From: an uncultured Fimbriimonadaceae bacterium
Lineage (GTDB): Bacteria > Armatimonadota > Fimbriimonadia > Fimbriimonadales > Fimbriimonadaceae
Assembly: GCA_937961665.1 (NCBI GenBank)
Contig: CALGMO010000082.1
Span: forward strand, 2,122 to 66,121
DNA length: 64,000 nt
Direction of reading: 5' to 3'
Shown in pieces: positions 37,696 to 46,109 of the stretch. The position numbers and the translations under genes are program-made. How positions within the stretch are numbered: position 1 is the first letter of the stretch; each line of letters begins with the position of its first letter. Below the pieces are notes generated by a model, which was not told the origin of the DNA, made no database searches, and was given only the letters and a program-made list of their open reading frames with translations.

Positions 37696-37758
37696 CTTCC
37701 GGCTGGGAACCCGGTTAACGGGTGAACTCGGAACCCCGGTGTTGCATAATGGGCTTGT

Positions 37759-40161
37759 ATGCTCCGATTCCGCTCCGTCGCGGTGCTTGCAGCGTTGCCC
37801 CTGTGCGCCCTCGCGTTGGCCAAGGAGCCGGTCACCCTCCGCTTCACGGTGTGGGACGGCGACGAGTCGCTGAGGGTGATCAAGCGCATCCTGGCGCAGT
37901 TCGAGAGGGAGAACCCGGACATCCGCGTGAAGCTCGAGCCGATCACGGACTACGTCTCCTACCACCAGAAGATGATCACCATGTACGCGGCCGGCGTCGC
38001 CCCGGACGTGTGCATGATGGACATGCCGAACTTCCAGGCTCTGGCCAAGCGCGGCGCACTGGTGCCTCTGAACGACCTGATGGCCAAGACGCCCGGCTTC
38101 GACATCAAGGAGTACTACGAGCCGATCGTTCGGGCGCACAGCTACCAGGGCAAGCTATACGTCCTGCCGAGGGACATCGCCCCGATGGGCCTCGTCTACT
38201 ACAACAAGCGCCTGTTCGACGAGGCCGGCATCCCGTATCCCGACGGCACTTGGACGTGGGACTTCCAACCTCGGCCCGAGCTCCGCGAGAAGTGCTTCAC
38301 CTGGGTGATGCAGCAACTCACCAAGGTGGACAAGAACGGCAAGAAGATCCAGTGGGGGTTCGCGCCGGGATGGCCCGAGCTGTTCGCCACCACGCTCACC
38401 TACTCCTACGGCGGCCGGTACACCGACAACCCCGAGGCGCCCACCAAGGTGCTCATCAACGAGCCCAAAACGGTTAAGGCCTACCAGTTCGCCGCGGACT
38501 GCATGAACAAGTACGGCTGGATCCCCAACCAGAACGACCTGCTGGGCCAGCTGCAGTCCACGACCCAGATGCTGTTCGTGAACCAGAAGATCGCGATGTT
38601 CCAGAACGGCATCTGGGAGGTCCCGAACATGAGGAAGTACCTCAAGCCGGGCGAGAAGGGGTTCTTCGAGTGGGACATCACGCTGTTCCCGGCGTACAAG
38701 GACGGCCGGCGCGCGGCGCCAACCGGCGGATCGGGCTACGCGATCTTCACGTCGACCAAGCACCTGGACGAGGCCTGGCGCCTCACCCGCTACATGTCCG
38801 GCCCCGTGGCGATGACGTACATGGCCCAAGCCGGGATCGCCCAGCCCGCGATCCGCAAGCTGGCCCTCACCCCGGACGTGTGGCTTCCCGGACCCAACAC
38901 CCCCAAGGAGCAGCTGTACCCCTACAGCCGCATCTGGACCGACCGCGCGGTGCCCTACGTCGTGTTCAGCGAGAACGCCGACTACTGGCCCGAGGTGGGC
39001 GGACGGATGCGCGCGGGCATGGACCTGCTCTGGAACGGCCAGAAGGACGCCAAGGAGACCCTGGACCGCGGCGCGAGGGAGGCCCAGCAGCGCCTCGACG
39101 CGATCCTCAAGGAGCAGCGCAACCCGCCGTACAACTGGGTCGCGGGGGGCGTCGTCGGGCTGCTCATCGCGGCGGCCATCGCGCTGTGGGTGTTCTGGCC
39201 GGAGCGGAAGATCCGCTACACGCACCGGGAGAAGCTCGAGAGCAGGTCGGCGTTCCTGTTCGCCAGCCCTTGGATCGTCGGCATGATCGTGTTCACGCTG
39301 GGGCCGATGATCCTCTCGCTGCTGATGGGCTTCGCCGACTGGGACATCATCCGGCAGGCCAAGTGGCGCGGCCTGGGCAACTTCCACGAGGCGTTCTTCG
39401 TGGATCCGGTCTTCTGGAAGTCGCTCCGCGTGACGTTCGTGTACACGTTCGTGGCGGTGCCGCTGGGCCTGATCGGCTCCCTGGCGCTCGCGCTGCTGAT
39501 GAACCAGAAGGTGCGGGGCATCCCGCTGTTCCGGACTTTCTACTACATCCCCTCGCTCGCTTCGCTGGTGGCCGCCTCGCTGATCTGGCGCCGCGTGTTC
39601 CAGCCGGAGGGCGGCCTGCTGAACACCCTGCTCTACAGCCCGGTGGGCGAGTGGCTGGGCATCCCGAAGCTGCTCGCCGAGTGGGCCCAGGTGCCGGCCG
39701 GCCAGCAGATCAACTGGCTGGGAACGGAGCAGACGGCTCTGCCGGCTCTGATCATCATGTCCCTGTGGGGCATCGGCGGAGGGATGGTGATCCTTCTGGC
39801 GGGCCTGCAGGGGATTCCGCAGTTCTACTACGAGGCCGCGACGCTCGACGGGGCAGGCATCTGGGACCGCTTCAAGGCCGTCACCCTGCCGCTGCTCAGC
39901 CCGTCGCTGTTCTTCTCGCTGGTCACCGGTTTCATCGGCTCGTTCCAGGTGTTCACCCAGGCGTTCGTGATGACCGGAGGCGGGCCGAACGACGCCACGA
40001 GGTTCTTCATGTTCCACCTGTATTCCCAGGCTTTCCAGAACCTGAGGATGGGATACGCCAGCGCCCTGGCCTGGATCCTGTTCTTCATCATCCTGATCTT
40101 CACGCTCATCCAGTTCAAGATGAGCAAGTGGGTGTACTACGAGGCTGAGGTGAAGAAGTGA
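37759..40161 (+). CDS. Fusion protein: CUT1-type extracellular solute-binding protein + linker TM helix + MalF/UgpA-type ABC permease
   Basis: Single 800-aa ORF. Signal peptide MLRFRSVAVLAALPLCALALAKE. SBP family-1-like body to about aa 455. TM helix WVAGGVVGLLIAAAIALWVFW (aa 460-480, nt 39136-39198). The permease has the EAA-loop region YEAATLDGAGIWDRFKAVTLPLL. Confidence 0.8.
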   Translation: MLRFRSVAVLAALPLCALALAKEPVTLRFTVWDGDESLRVIKRILAQFERENPDIRVKLEPITDYVSYHQKMITMYAAGVAPDVCMMDMPNFQALAKRGALVPLNDLMAKTPGFDIKEYYEPIVRAHSYQGKLYVLPRDIAPMGLVYYNKRLFDEAGIPYPDGTWTWDFQPRPELREKCFTWVMQQLTKVDKNGKKIQWGFAPGWPELFATTLTYSYGGRYTDNPEAPTKVLINEPKTVKAYQFAADCMNKYGWIPNQNDLLGQLQSTTQMLFVNQKIAMFQNGIWEVPNMRKYLKPGEKGFFEWDITLFPAYKDGRRAAPTGGSGYAIFTSTKHLDEAWRLTRYMSGPVAMTYMAQAGIAQPAIRKLALTPDVWLPGPNTPKEQLYPYSRIWTDRAVPYVVFSENADYWPEVGGRMRAGMDLLWNGQKDAKETLDRGAREAQQRLDAILKEQRNPPYNWVAGGVVGLLIAAAIALWVFWPERKIRYTHREKLESRSAFLFASPWIVGMIVFTLGPMILSLLMGFADWDIIRQAKWRGLGNFHEAFFVDPVFWKSLRVTFVYTFVAVPLGLIGSLALALLMNQKVRGIPLFRTFYYIPSLASLVAASLIWRRVFQPEGGLLNTLLYSPVGEWLGIPKLLAEWAQVPAGQQINWLGTEQTALPALIIMSLWGIGGGMVILLAGLQGIPQFYYEAATLDGAGIWDRFKAVTLPLLSPSLFFSLVTGFIGSFQVFTQAFVMTGGGPNDATRFFMFHLYSQAFQNLRMGYASALAWILFFIILIFTLIQFKMSKWVYYEAEVKK

Positions 40162-41072
40162 GCGCCGTCCAAGAGACCGTGCCCGCGAAGTTCGACGCCG
40201 AGGCGGCCGAGCGGTTCCGGCGGGCCGCCAAGCGCGCGGAGACGATCGACCGGATTCTGAAGGTGCTGCTGTGGGTGGTGCTGTTCTCCGGCGTGATCCT
40301 GGCGATGCTGCCGCTGTGGATCATGCTGATGATGTCGCTGAAGACGCCCAACGAGATCGCCAACAGCGCCGCGTGGGCGTGGCCCAGGGACCTCACCTGG
40401 GACAACTTCCGCGAGGTCCTCACCAACCCCAACGCGCCGTTTCTGCTGTTCTTCCGGAACTCGGTGATCATCAGCACCCTGACCACCGCGGGCGTGGTGC
40501 TGACCTCGGCGATGGTCGCCTATCCGTTCGCCCGGCTGAAGTTCCGGGGCAGGGACCGCCTGTTCATCCTTCTGCTCAGCACGATGATGCTGCCGGGCGT
40601 GGTCACGATGATCCCGACCTACGTGATGTACGCCCAGATCAAGTGGGTCAACACGTTCTATCCGCTGATCGTGCCGGCCTGGTTCGGGGGCGGTGCGTTC
40701 AACATCTTCCTGCTCCGGCAGTTCTTCATGGGCATCCCTCGCGACCTGGACGAGGCCGCGATCCTCGACGGCGCCAACCACGCGACGATCTTCTGGCGCG
40801 TGATTCTGCCGAACGCGGGAGCGGCGCTGGCCACGGTGGGGGTGTTCTGCTTCATCTACAACTGGCGCGACTTCATGGGGCCGCTCATCTACCTGAACAG
40901 CCCCGACATGCAGACGCTGGAGGTCGGTCTGCGCACCTACCAGAGCCTGCAGTCCGAGCAGTGGCACCTGCTGATGGCCGGCTCCGTGCTGGTCATGCTG
41001 CCTCTGTTCGTGATCTTCCTGATCGGGCAGAAGTACTTCGTGAAGGGCATCGTGATGAGCGGCATCAAGTGA
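40158..41072 (+). CDS. CUT1 sugar ABC transporter permease (MalG/UgpE-like)
   Basis: EAA loop DEAAILDGANHATIFWRVILPN, six predicted TM segments. The GTG start overlaps the upstream stop (GTGA 40158-40161). Confidence 0.88.
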   Translation: MSAVQETVPAKFDAEAAERFRRAAKRAETIDRILKVLLWVVLFSGVILAMLPLWIMLMMSLKTPNEIANSAAWAWPRDLTWDNFREVLTNPNAPFLLFFRNSVIISTLTTAGVVLTSAMVAYPFARLKFRGRDRLFILLLSTMMLPGVVTMIPTYVMYAQIKWVNTFYPLIVPAWFGGGAFNIFLLRQFFMGIPRDLDEAAILDGANHATIFWRVILPNAGAALATVGVFCFIYNWRDFMGPLIYLNSPDMQTLEVGLRTYQSLQSEQWHLLMAGSVLVMLPLFVIFLIGQKYFVKGIVMSGIK

Positions 41073-41079
41073 GCCGGTT

Positions 41080-43206
41080 CTACCGCTCGGCTCTCGCCAG
41101 CTCGACCAGAGCCAGCGAGTGGGCGGGAACCAGCAGGCTTAGGCGGTCGCCGGCCGTCCTCGTCCGCCGCTCCTCCAGCCACACCTCGTCCGGTCCGCCC
41201 CGGCTCGCCCGTCGGTGGACCGGATCCTCGGCCATTCTGGCCCACTCGATGCCGGGCACCTGCTGCGGCGCGGTTCCTGTGTGGGCGTCCACGCCGGTCC
41301 CTGTGAGGAGCGTCACCCTCGCCTCGCCGCTCGCTCGGAAGCCCTCCAGGCGGAGGGACGCCTTGGCGTTCCGCTCGAAGTGGTGGTTGATCACCACCAC
41401 CGTGAGCCGCCGTCCGTCCCCGCTCTTGGCGGCGTAGGCACGGACCCACGGCACTCCCCGGACGGCCGGCACCCAACCCACCGCCGGCGAGTCGAAGGTC
41501 GCCGTCTCGCAGGCGGTCGCCACCACCTGCTCGGCAAGCCGCCTCGAAAGGAGCTGGAAGGCCAGATAGCCGGCGGTGGGCGCGTACCGGTCTCCGCGCT
41601 GGCCCAGGAGGCCGATGAACAACGGGTCGATCAGGCCGAAGAAACACGCGGCCTGGACCCTCGGCCGTTCCAGCAGCACGCCGAAGACGGCCGCTGTGTA
41701 CAGGGCCGAGCCGAGCGTCTTGCAATGATCGGTGAAGCGCCCGTTCGGGGAGACTTGGAACAGCGGGCCCCACTCGGTCACCGCGATGCCGATCCGGTCG
41801 CGGTGCGGCGCGGGCAGCTCGGCGATCCGGCGGGCCAGGCCGTCCAGGCTCGCACGAACCAGCTCGGTCGCTCCGTACATCGCCGCGTACACCTCCCGGA
41901 GCGTGTGCCCCGAGTCGATCGGCAGCACGGGGGCGTAGGCATTGTGGACGGCGACGAAGTCCACGTGCGGCGCCACGGCGGGCAGCACCACGTCGGTCCA
42001 GTCCCTGTGCGGTTTGCCGGGGTAGAAGCTCTCGTCCAAGATCGCCCCGATGCGCACCGATGGGTCGGCGGCCCGGATGGCCTTCGCGAACTCCGTGGCG
42101 ATCTGGGCGTACTGCCGCGGCGTCTTCGCGACCGAGGCCGTGCCCTCGGAGCCGTCGTTCAGGTACAGCTCGTTGCCGATCTCCCACCAGCCGACCCTCG
42201 GTCCCCGGGACGGATGGTTGGTGAAGCGGACCCAGTCGGCGGCCTCCGCGGCGGTGCCGCTCCCGGCGTTCGCGGTGAACAGAAGGCCCGAGCCGACGGC
42301 CTTCGCGAACGACTGGATCTCCACCGTTCCGACGTTGTGCGCGAGCAGGTCGCCGGTGGCCGTCGCGGGGGTGCGGGGCCTCAGCGCCCGGGGGCCGACT
42401 TTGTCGCGCCAGTGATAGAAGTCGCTGAACGTGCCGCCGGGGAAGCGGATCAGGCCGACCCCGAGCTCGCGCGCGGCCTCCACGACCTCTGGCCGGAACC
42501 TCTCCCGCTCGGCGTCCCACAGGCCCTTGCCGTCCCAGATCCACTCAGTGTTCACCCCGAACAGCTCCCTCGGCGCCTTGCGGAGGACTCGGCCTGCGTC
42601 CACCCGGATGCTCGCCGCGACGGGGGTCGGGGGGAAGCTCCAGGCGGCCTCCAGTCGCTCCGGCACGCGGGTGCCCAGCGCGAGGTCGTCGAACAGCGCC
42701 TCCCCCGAGGTGCCCTCGGCCAGGCAAGCCACGACGGCCTTGGCCGTCTCATGCGGCAGCTCCACGATCCTCTCCCGGACCGCCGGCTCCGGACCCTCCG
42801 GGCCGTCGAGGAAGGCCAGCGCCAGCACGCCTCCCCGGGCGTCCATCGCCAAGACGGCCACCCGCGGCCGGGCGCCGAATTGGCCGCCCATCCGTGCCGA
42901 GAGATGCAGCCGCGCGGCCTTCAGCCACTCCCCCTGCAGCACCTGGCCTGCTCCGAGGAGCTTCTGGGGATCGGTGTTGCCGGCCGCGGGCAGGAGCGCG
43001 AGCACGTGGTTCCCGGGTCGCGCCGGATCCACCTTGCGCACGACCCGTCCCTTCCCGGGGGATTGCTCCGGGGCCCAGCCGCTCGGCAGCTCGGCCCCCT
43101 GCTCGAAGCCGGGGTTGGAGAGGGCGTTGCCGGCGGGGTCCGGGGACTTAGCGGCGCACCCCGCCGCGGCGAGCAGCGCGAGGAGGAGCAGATCGCGCGG
43201 GGCCAT
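41080..43206 (-). CDS. Lipoprotein glycoside hydrolase, clan GH-A (GH51 alpha-L-arabinofuranosidase-like) with N-terminal CBM4/9-like domain
   Basis: The internal Met start gives the lipobox LLAAAGC. CBM-like NPGFEQG...SGW. WWEIGNELY is a candidate acid/base motif, and IAVTEWGP is a candidate nucleophile. The first 79 codons of the track ORF are rejected. Confidence 0.7.
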   Translation of the reverse strand: MAPRDLLLLALLAAAGCAAKSPDPAGNALSNPGFEQGAELPSGWAPEQSPGKGRVVRKVDPARPGNHVLALLPAAGNTDPQKLLGAGQVLQGEWLKAARLHLSARMGGQFGARPRVAVLAMDARGGVLALAFLDGPEGPEPAVRERIVELPHETAKAVVACLAEGTSGEALFDDLALGTRVPERLEAAWSFPPTPVAASIRVDAGRVLRKAPRELFGVNTEWIWDGKGLWDAERERFRPEVVEAARELGVGLIRFPGGTFSDFYHWRDKVGPRALRPRTPATATGDLLAHNVGTVEIQSFAKAVGSGLLFTANAGSGTAAEAADWVRFTNHPSRGPRVGWWEIGNELYLNDGSEGTASVAKTPRQYAQIATEFAKAIRAADPSVRIGAILDESFYPGKPHRDWTDVVLPAVAPHVDFVAVHNAYAPVLPIDSGHTLREVYAAMYGATELVRASLDGLARRIAELPAPHRDRIGIAVTEWGPLFQVSPNGRFTDHCKTLGSALYTAAVFGVLLERPRVQAACFFGLIDPLFIGLLGQRGDRYAPTAGYLAFQLLSRRLAEQVVATACETATFDSPAVGWVPAVRGVPWVRAYAAKSGDGRRLTVVVINHHFERNAKASLRLEGFRASGEARVTLLTGTGVDAHTGTAPQQVPGIEWARMAEDPVHRRASRGGPDEVWLEERRTRTAGDRLSLLVPAHSLALVELARAER

Positions 43207-43288
43207 GCGGCAGTATGGGTCCGGGACCGGCGGAGTCCCGGTGACCGTGCGCGCAACGCCGGGGAGGCGCGGCCCGTACCCCCTGACG

Positions 43289-43603
43289 ATGTCGCGAACG
43301 ATGAGGCTGGGTGTCGCGCTCCTTGCGGCGACGGTGGTGCTGCTGTCGGTCGGTTGCGCGCCGGGCGCGAACCCGCTGGCGAACCAGCCCGGACCGAGCG
43401 GAGAGACGGCCGGCTTCCTGCTCGGGCTCTGGCACGGCGCCATCGTCTGGATCTCGTTCGTTTGGTCGCTGTTCAGCCCGGGCGTGTCCGTCTACGAGGT
43501 GCACAACAACGGCTGGCCCTACAACCTCGGCTTCCTGCTGGGGGCCGGAGGAGTCTTGGGCGGCGGGGTGAAGGTGGTGCTGAGAGGCGACCGCCGGCGT
43601 TGA
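43289..43603 (+). CDS. Small membrane lipoprotein, hypothetical
   Basis: Lipobox LLSVGC followed by two hydrophobic segments (GFLLGLWHGAIVWISFVW, LGFLLGAGGVLGGG). No family recognised. Confidence 0.5.
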   Translation: MSRTMRLGVALLAATVVLLSVGCAPGANPLANQPGPSGETAGFLLGLWHGAIVWISFVWSLFSPGVSVYEVHNNGWPYNLGFLLGAGGVLGGGVKVVLRGDRRR

Positions 43604-43619
43604 GCGGGCCGGGGACCCC

Positions 43620-44192
43620 TCACCCGCACTCGGCGTGGCGGAAGCAGGTCGTCAGGTGGTCGTTGACCATCCCTGCGGCCTGCATGTAGGCGTAGCAGAT
43701 CGTCGGCCCGACGAAGCAGAAGCCTCGCGCGGAGAGCTCCCGGCTCATCGAGCGGGCCTCCGGGCTTGTGGTTGGAACGTCGCGCGGGTCGGCCCATCGG
43801 TTGCGGATCGTCCGGCCGTCGGTGAAGCGCCACACGAACGCGTCGAACGAGCCGAACTGCTCCTGCACCGGCAGGAAGGCGCGGGCGTTGCGGACCGCGC
43901 CCTCGATCTTCCGTCGGTTGCGGATGATGCCCTCGTCCCGCATCAGCCGCTGGAGGTCCGCCTCGGTGAAGCCGGCGACCCGCACCGGGTCGAAGCCCGC
44001 GAAGGCTCGGCGGTAGCCCTCGCGGCGCTTCAGGATGGTCAGCCAGCTCAGGCCGGCCTGGGCGCCGTCCAGCACGAGGAACTCGAAGTGCCTGCGGTCG
44101 TCGTGAACCGGCACGCCCCACTCCTCGTCGTGGTACGCGATCTCCAGCGGGTGTTTGGCCCAGGGGCACCGGACTCGGGTGTCGGCGTCCAT
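43620..44192 (-). CDS. tag: DNA-3-methyladenine glycosylase I
   Basis: From the internal Met: RCPWAKHPLEIAYHDEEWGVPVHDDRRHFEFLVLDGAQAGLSWLTILKRR...IIRNRRKI..., which is typical Tag. The upstream 75 codons of the track ORF are rejected. Confidence 0.9.
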   Translation of the reverse strand: MDADTRVRCPWAKHPLEIAYHDEEWGVPVHDDRRHFEFLVLDGAQAGLSWLTILKRREGYRRAFAGFDPVRVAGFTEADLQRLMRDEGIIRNRRKIEGAVRNARAFLPVQEQFGSFDAFVWRFTDGRTIRNRWADPRDVPTTSPEARSMSRELSARGFCFVGPTICYAYMQAAGMVNDHLTTCFRHAECG

Positions 44193-44283
44193 TCCTGGGG
44201 GCCATCTTGGCCCGCGTGCGGGGCCGCCTGCTGGGCCGCGGTCGCGGGACCGGACGATTTCGGGAGGTAGCCTGACGGCAGCC

Positions 44284-44739
44284 ATGGGCGCAACGATGAG
44301 GTTCGACGGCAGGATCGAGCGCGTCGGCGCGAGAGCCCTGATCGCGCTGCCCGAAGAACCGCGCGAGGTCTGGGGCGACCGTCCGAGGTACGACGTCGCG
44401 GGATCGGTCGGCGGCAAGCCTTACCGCGGAAGGGTGGTCTTTCTGGACGGGCGCGCGTGGCTGCCGACCGGACCCGCCTTCCTCCGAGACGCCGGCCTCG
44501 CCCTCGGGCAGACGGTGAGCGTGGAGGTTGGTCTGGAGTGGCCCAGCCTCGAGGACCTCGAGCCTGACTTCCGGGCGGCGATCGAGGCCAGCCCCGCCGC
44601 GCGCGCCGCCTTCGAGGGGATGAACACCTTCTGCCGCAGGAACTGGGTTCGGTACGTGGCGGAGGCCAAGCGGCCGGAGACGCGCGCCCGGAGGATCGCC
44701 GAGGCGGTCCAGCGCCTCGAGGAAGGAGACGCCGGCTAG
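44284..44739 (+). CDS. DUF1905 / YdeI (OmpD-associated) family protein
   Basis: The N-terminal beta-barrel-like part MRFDGRIERVG...KPYRGRVVFLDGRAWLP and the C-terminal FCRRNWVRYVAEAKRPETRARRIAEAV are typical of YdeI-like proteins. Confidence 0.7.
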   Translation: MGATMRFDGRIERVGARALIALPEEPREVWGDRPRYDVAGSVGGKPYRGRVVFLDGRAWLPTGPAFLRDAGLALGQTVSVEVGLEWPSLEDLEPDFRAAIEASPAARAAFEGMNTFCRRNWVRYVAEAKRPETRARRIAEAVQRLEEGDAG

Positions 44740-46109
44740 CCCGAGGGCTTCTTGCCCTGGTCCAGGTGCACGACGGTGCCCATGAGCGTCTTCTCGGCCT
44801 CTCCGGTCTGGCCGCTCTGCAGGGCCCGAAGCGCCTGGGTCACCTCCTGCGCCTCCGCGACTCGGCCTTCGGCCAGAAGCAGGGCCTGCGTCTTCTGGAG
44901 CTCGGCCACCGCGGCCTGGGGGCTCAGCGCCTGCGTCTTCATGCCCAGGATGGTGCGCTCGACGGCGCGCGACGCCGCGGCGACCTGCGCGGCGGAGGCC
45001 ACGCGCGGGTCGGGCGGCACCGAGTAGCGCGCCGGATCGGCGGTGAACTCCATCACGAAGTCCAGATCCACCGTCGCGTTGCCGCTGTTCAGGCAGTCCT
45101 CGTACTCCAGAGTGCCGGAGGCCACCCGGTACCAGCCCAGCGGGTGGTTGGGAAACTCGAGGTCGAGCACGTGCTCGATCGCGCTGCCGCGCTCGAGATC
45201 GGCAAGGGGAACGTCGAACTCGCGCTGGCCCGGCGAGGGGGTCTGGCCGGCGACGCTGCGCGCCTCCACCCAGCGCGCCAGTTTCAACCGCAGCCGAAGG
45301 TTGCGGGCCACGACGGTCATGAGCCGCTCGATCTCCGCGCGGAAGATCTCGGGGATCAGCTCCGGGCGCGACACGTAGTAGTGGTTGCCGCCGGCGCGCT
45401 TGGCCATGGCGGCGAGAAGCTCCTCGTTGTAGTCGGGCCCAAAGCCGAGCAGGGTGAGCGTCGTGCCGCGCTCGCGCACCGCCGCCGCGGCGTTCACCAG
45501 GCTCGGGAAGTCGCGCACCCCAACGGTCGGCTCTCCGTCGGTCAGGAGCAGCATGCGCGAGGCCCGGCCGGTCTCCTGCGCCTGCACGATCTGCTGCAAG
45601 CCCAGGTTCACTCCGTCGTAAAGATTGGTCGTGTTGCCGATGGTCAGGCGGGCGATGCCGTCCAGGATCGGCTGCTTCTGGGTCACCCTCTGGGGCGGCA
45701 TCAGCACCTGGGCCGTCTCGTCGAACGCCACGATGCTCAGCACGTCGTTCGGCGTGAGCAGGTCCACCACGTAGCGGCAGGCCTGCTTCACGTATTCGAG
45801 CGGCGGGCCCTCCATCGACCCGGACCGGTCGATGACCAGACACAGGTTCATGGGCGTCCTCGCCGCCGGCCCGAGGAGCGTGTCCCCTTGGGCCGCGGTC
45901 AGGGCCAGCAGGAACTGCTCGCGAGCCGGACCGTTGGCCATCGTGGCCTCGCGGCTCGGCACGACCTCGGCCCTCAGCGCCTGCAGAGGGGCCATGGCCG
46001 TGGTGCGCATCCCCGCGCCGAGCCCGGAGGCCATCGCCTGCGTCCTGGCGGGATCGGCTCCGGGAGGGGGCGCGGCCTGCGTCTTGTTGGGGTCGAAGTT
46101 GGGGTTCAT
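44736..46109 (-). CDS. von Willebrand factor A (vWA) domain protein with complete MIDAS motif
   Basis: Starts at MNPNFDPNK. MIDAS LVIDRSGSMEG, then ...NTTNLYDG... and LLLTDGEPT. An uncharacterised C-terminal half of about 200 aa follows. The ATG overlaps the upstream stop (ATGA 46106-46109). Confidence 0.85.
   Translation of the reverse strand: MNPNFDPNKTQAAPPPGADPARTQAMASGLGAGMRTTAMAPLQALRAEVVPSREATMANGPAREQFLLALTAAQGDTLLGPAARTPMNLCLVIDRSGSMEGPPLEYVKQACRYVVDLLTPNDVLSIVAFDETAQVLMPPQRVTQKQPILDGIARLTIGNTTNLYDGVNLGLQQIVQAQETGRASRMLLLTDGEPTVGVRDFPSLVNAAAAVRERGTTLTLLGFGPDYNEELLAAMAKRAGGNHYYVSRPELIPEIFRAEIERLMTVVARNLRLRLKLARWVEARSVAGQTPSPGQREFDVPLADLERGSAIEHVLDLEFPNHPLGWYRVASGTLEYEDCLNSGNATVDLDFVMEFTADPARYSVPPDPRVASAAQVAAASRAVERTILGMKTQALSPQAAVAELQKTQALLLAEGRVAEAQEVTQALRALQSGQTGEAEKTLMGTVVHLDQGKKPSG

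Noticed and set aside
43620-44739. N-terminal extensions of tag (to 44417) and of the YdeI-like gene (from 44155), which would make the two divergent genes overlap by about 260 nt
   Set aside because: The extensions are Pro/Arg/Gly/Ser-rich and lack homology-like patterns. Internal Met codons (44192 for tag, 44284 for the YdeI-like gene) give proteins that begin exactly where the family-typical sequence begins.
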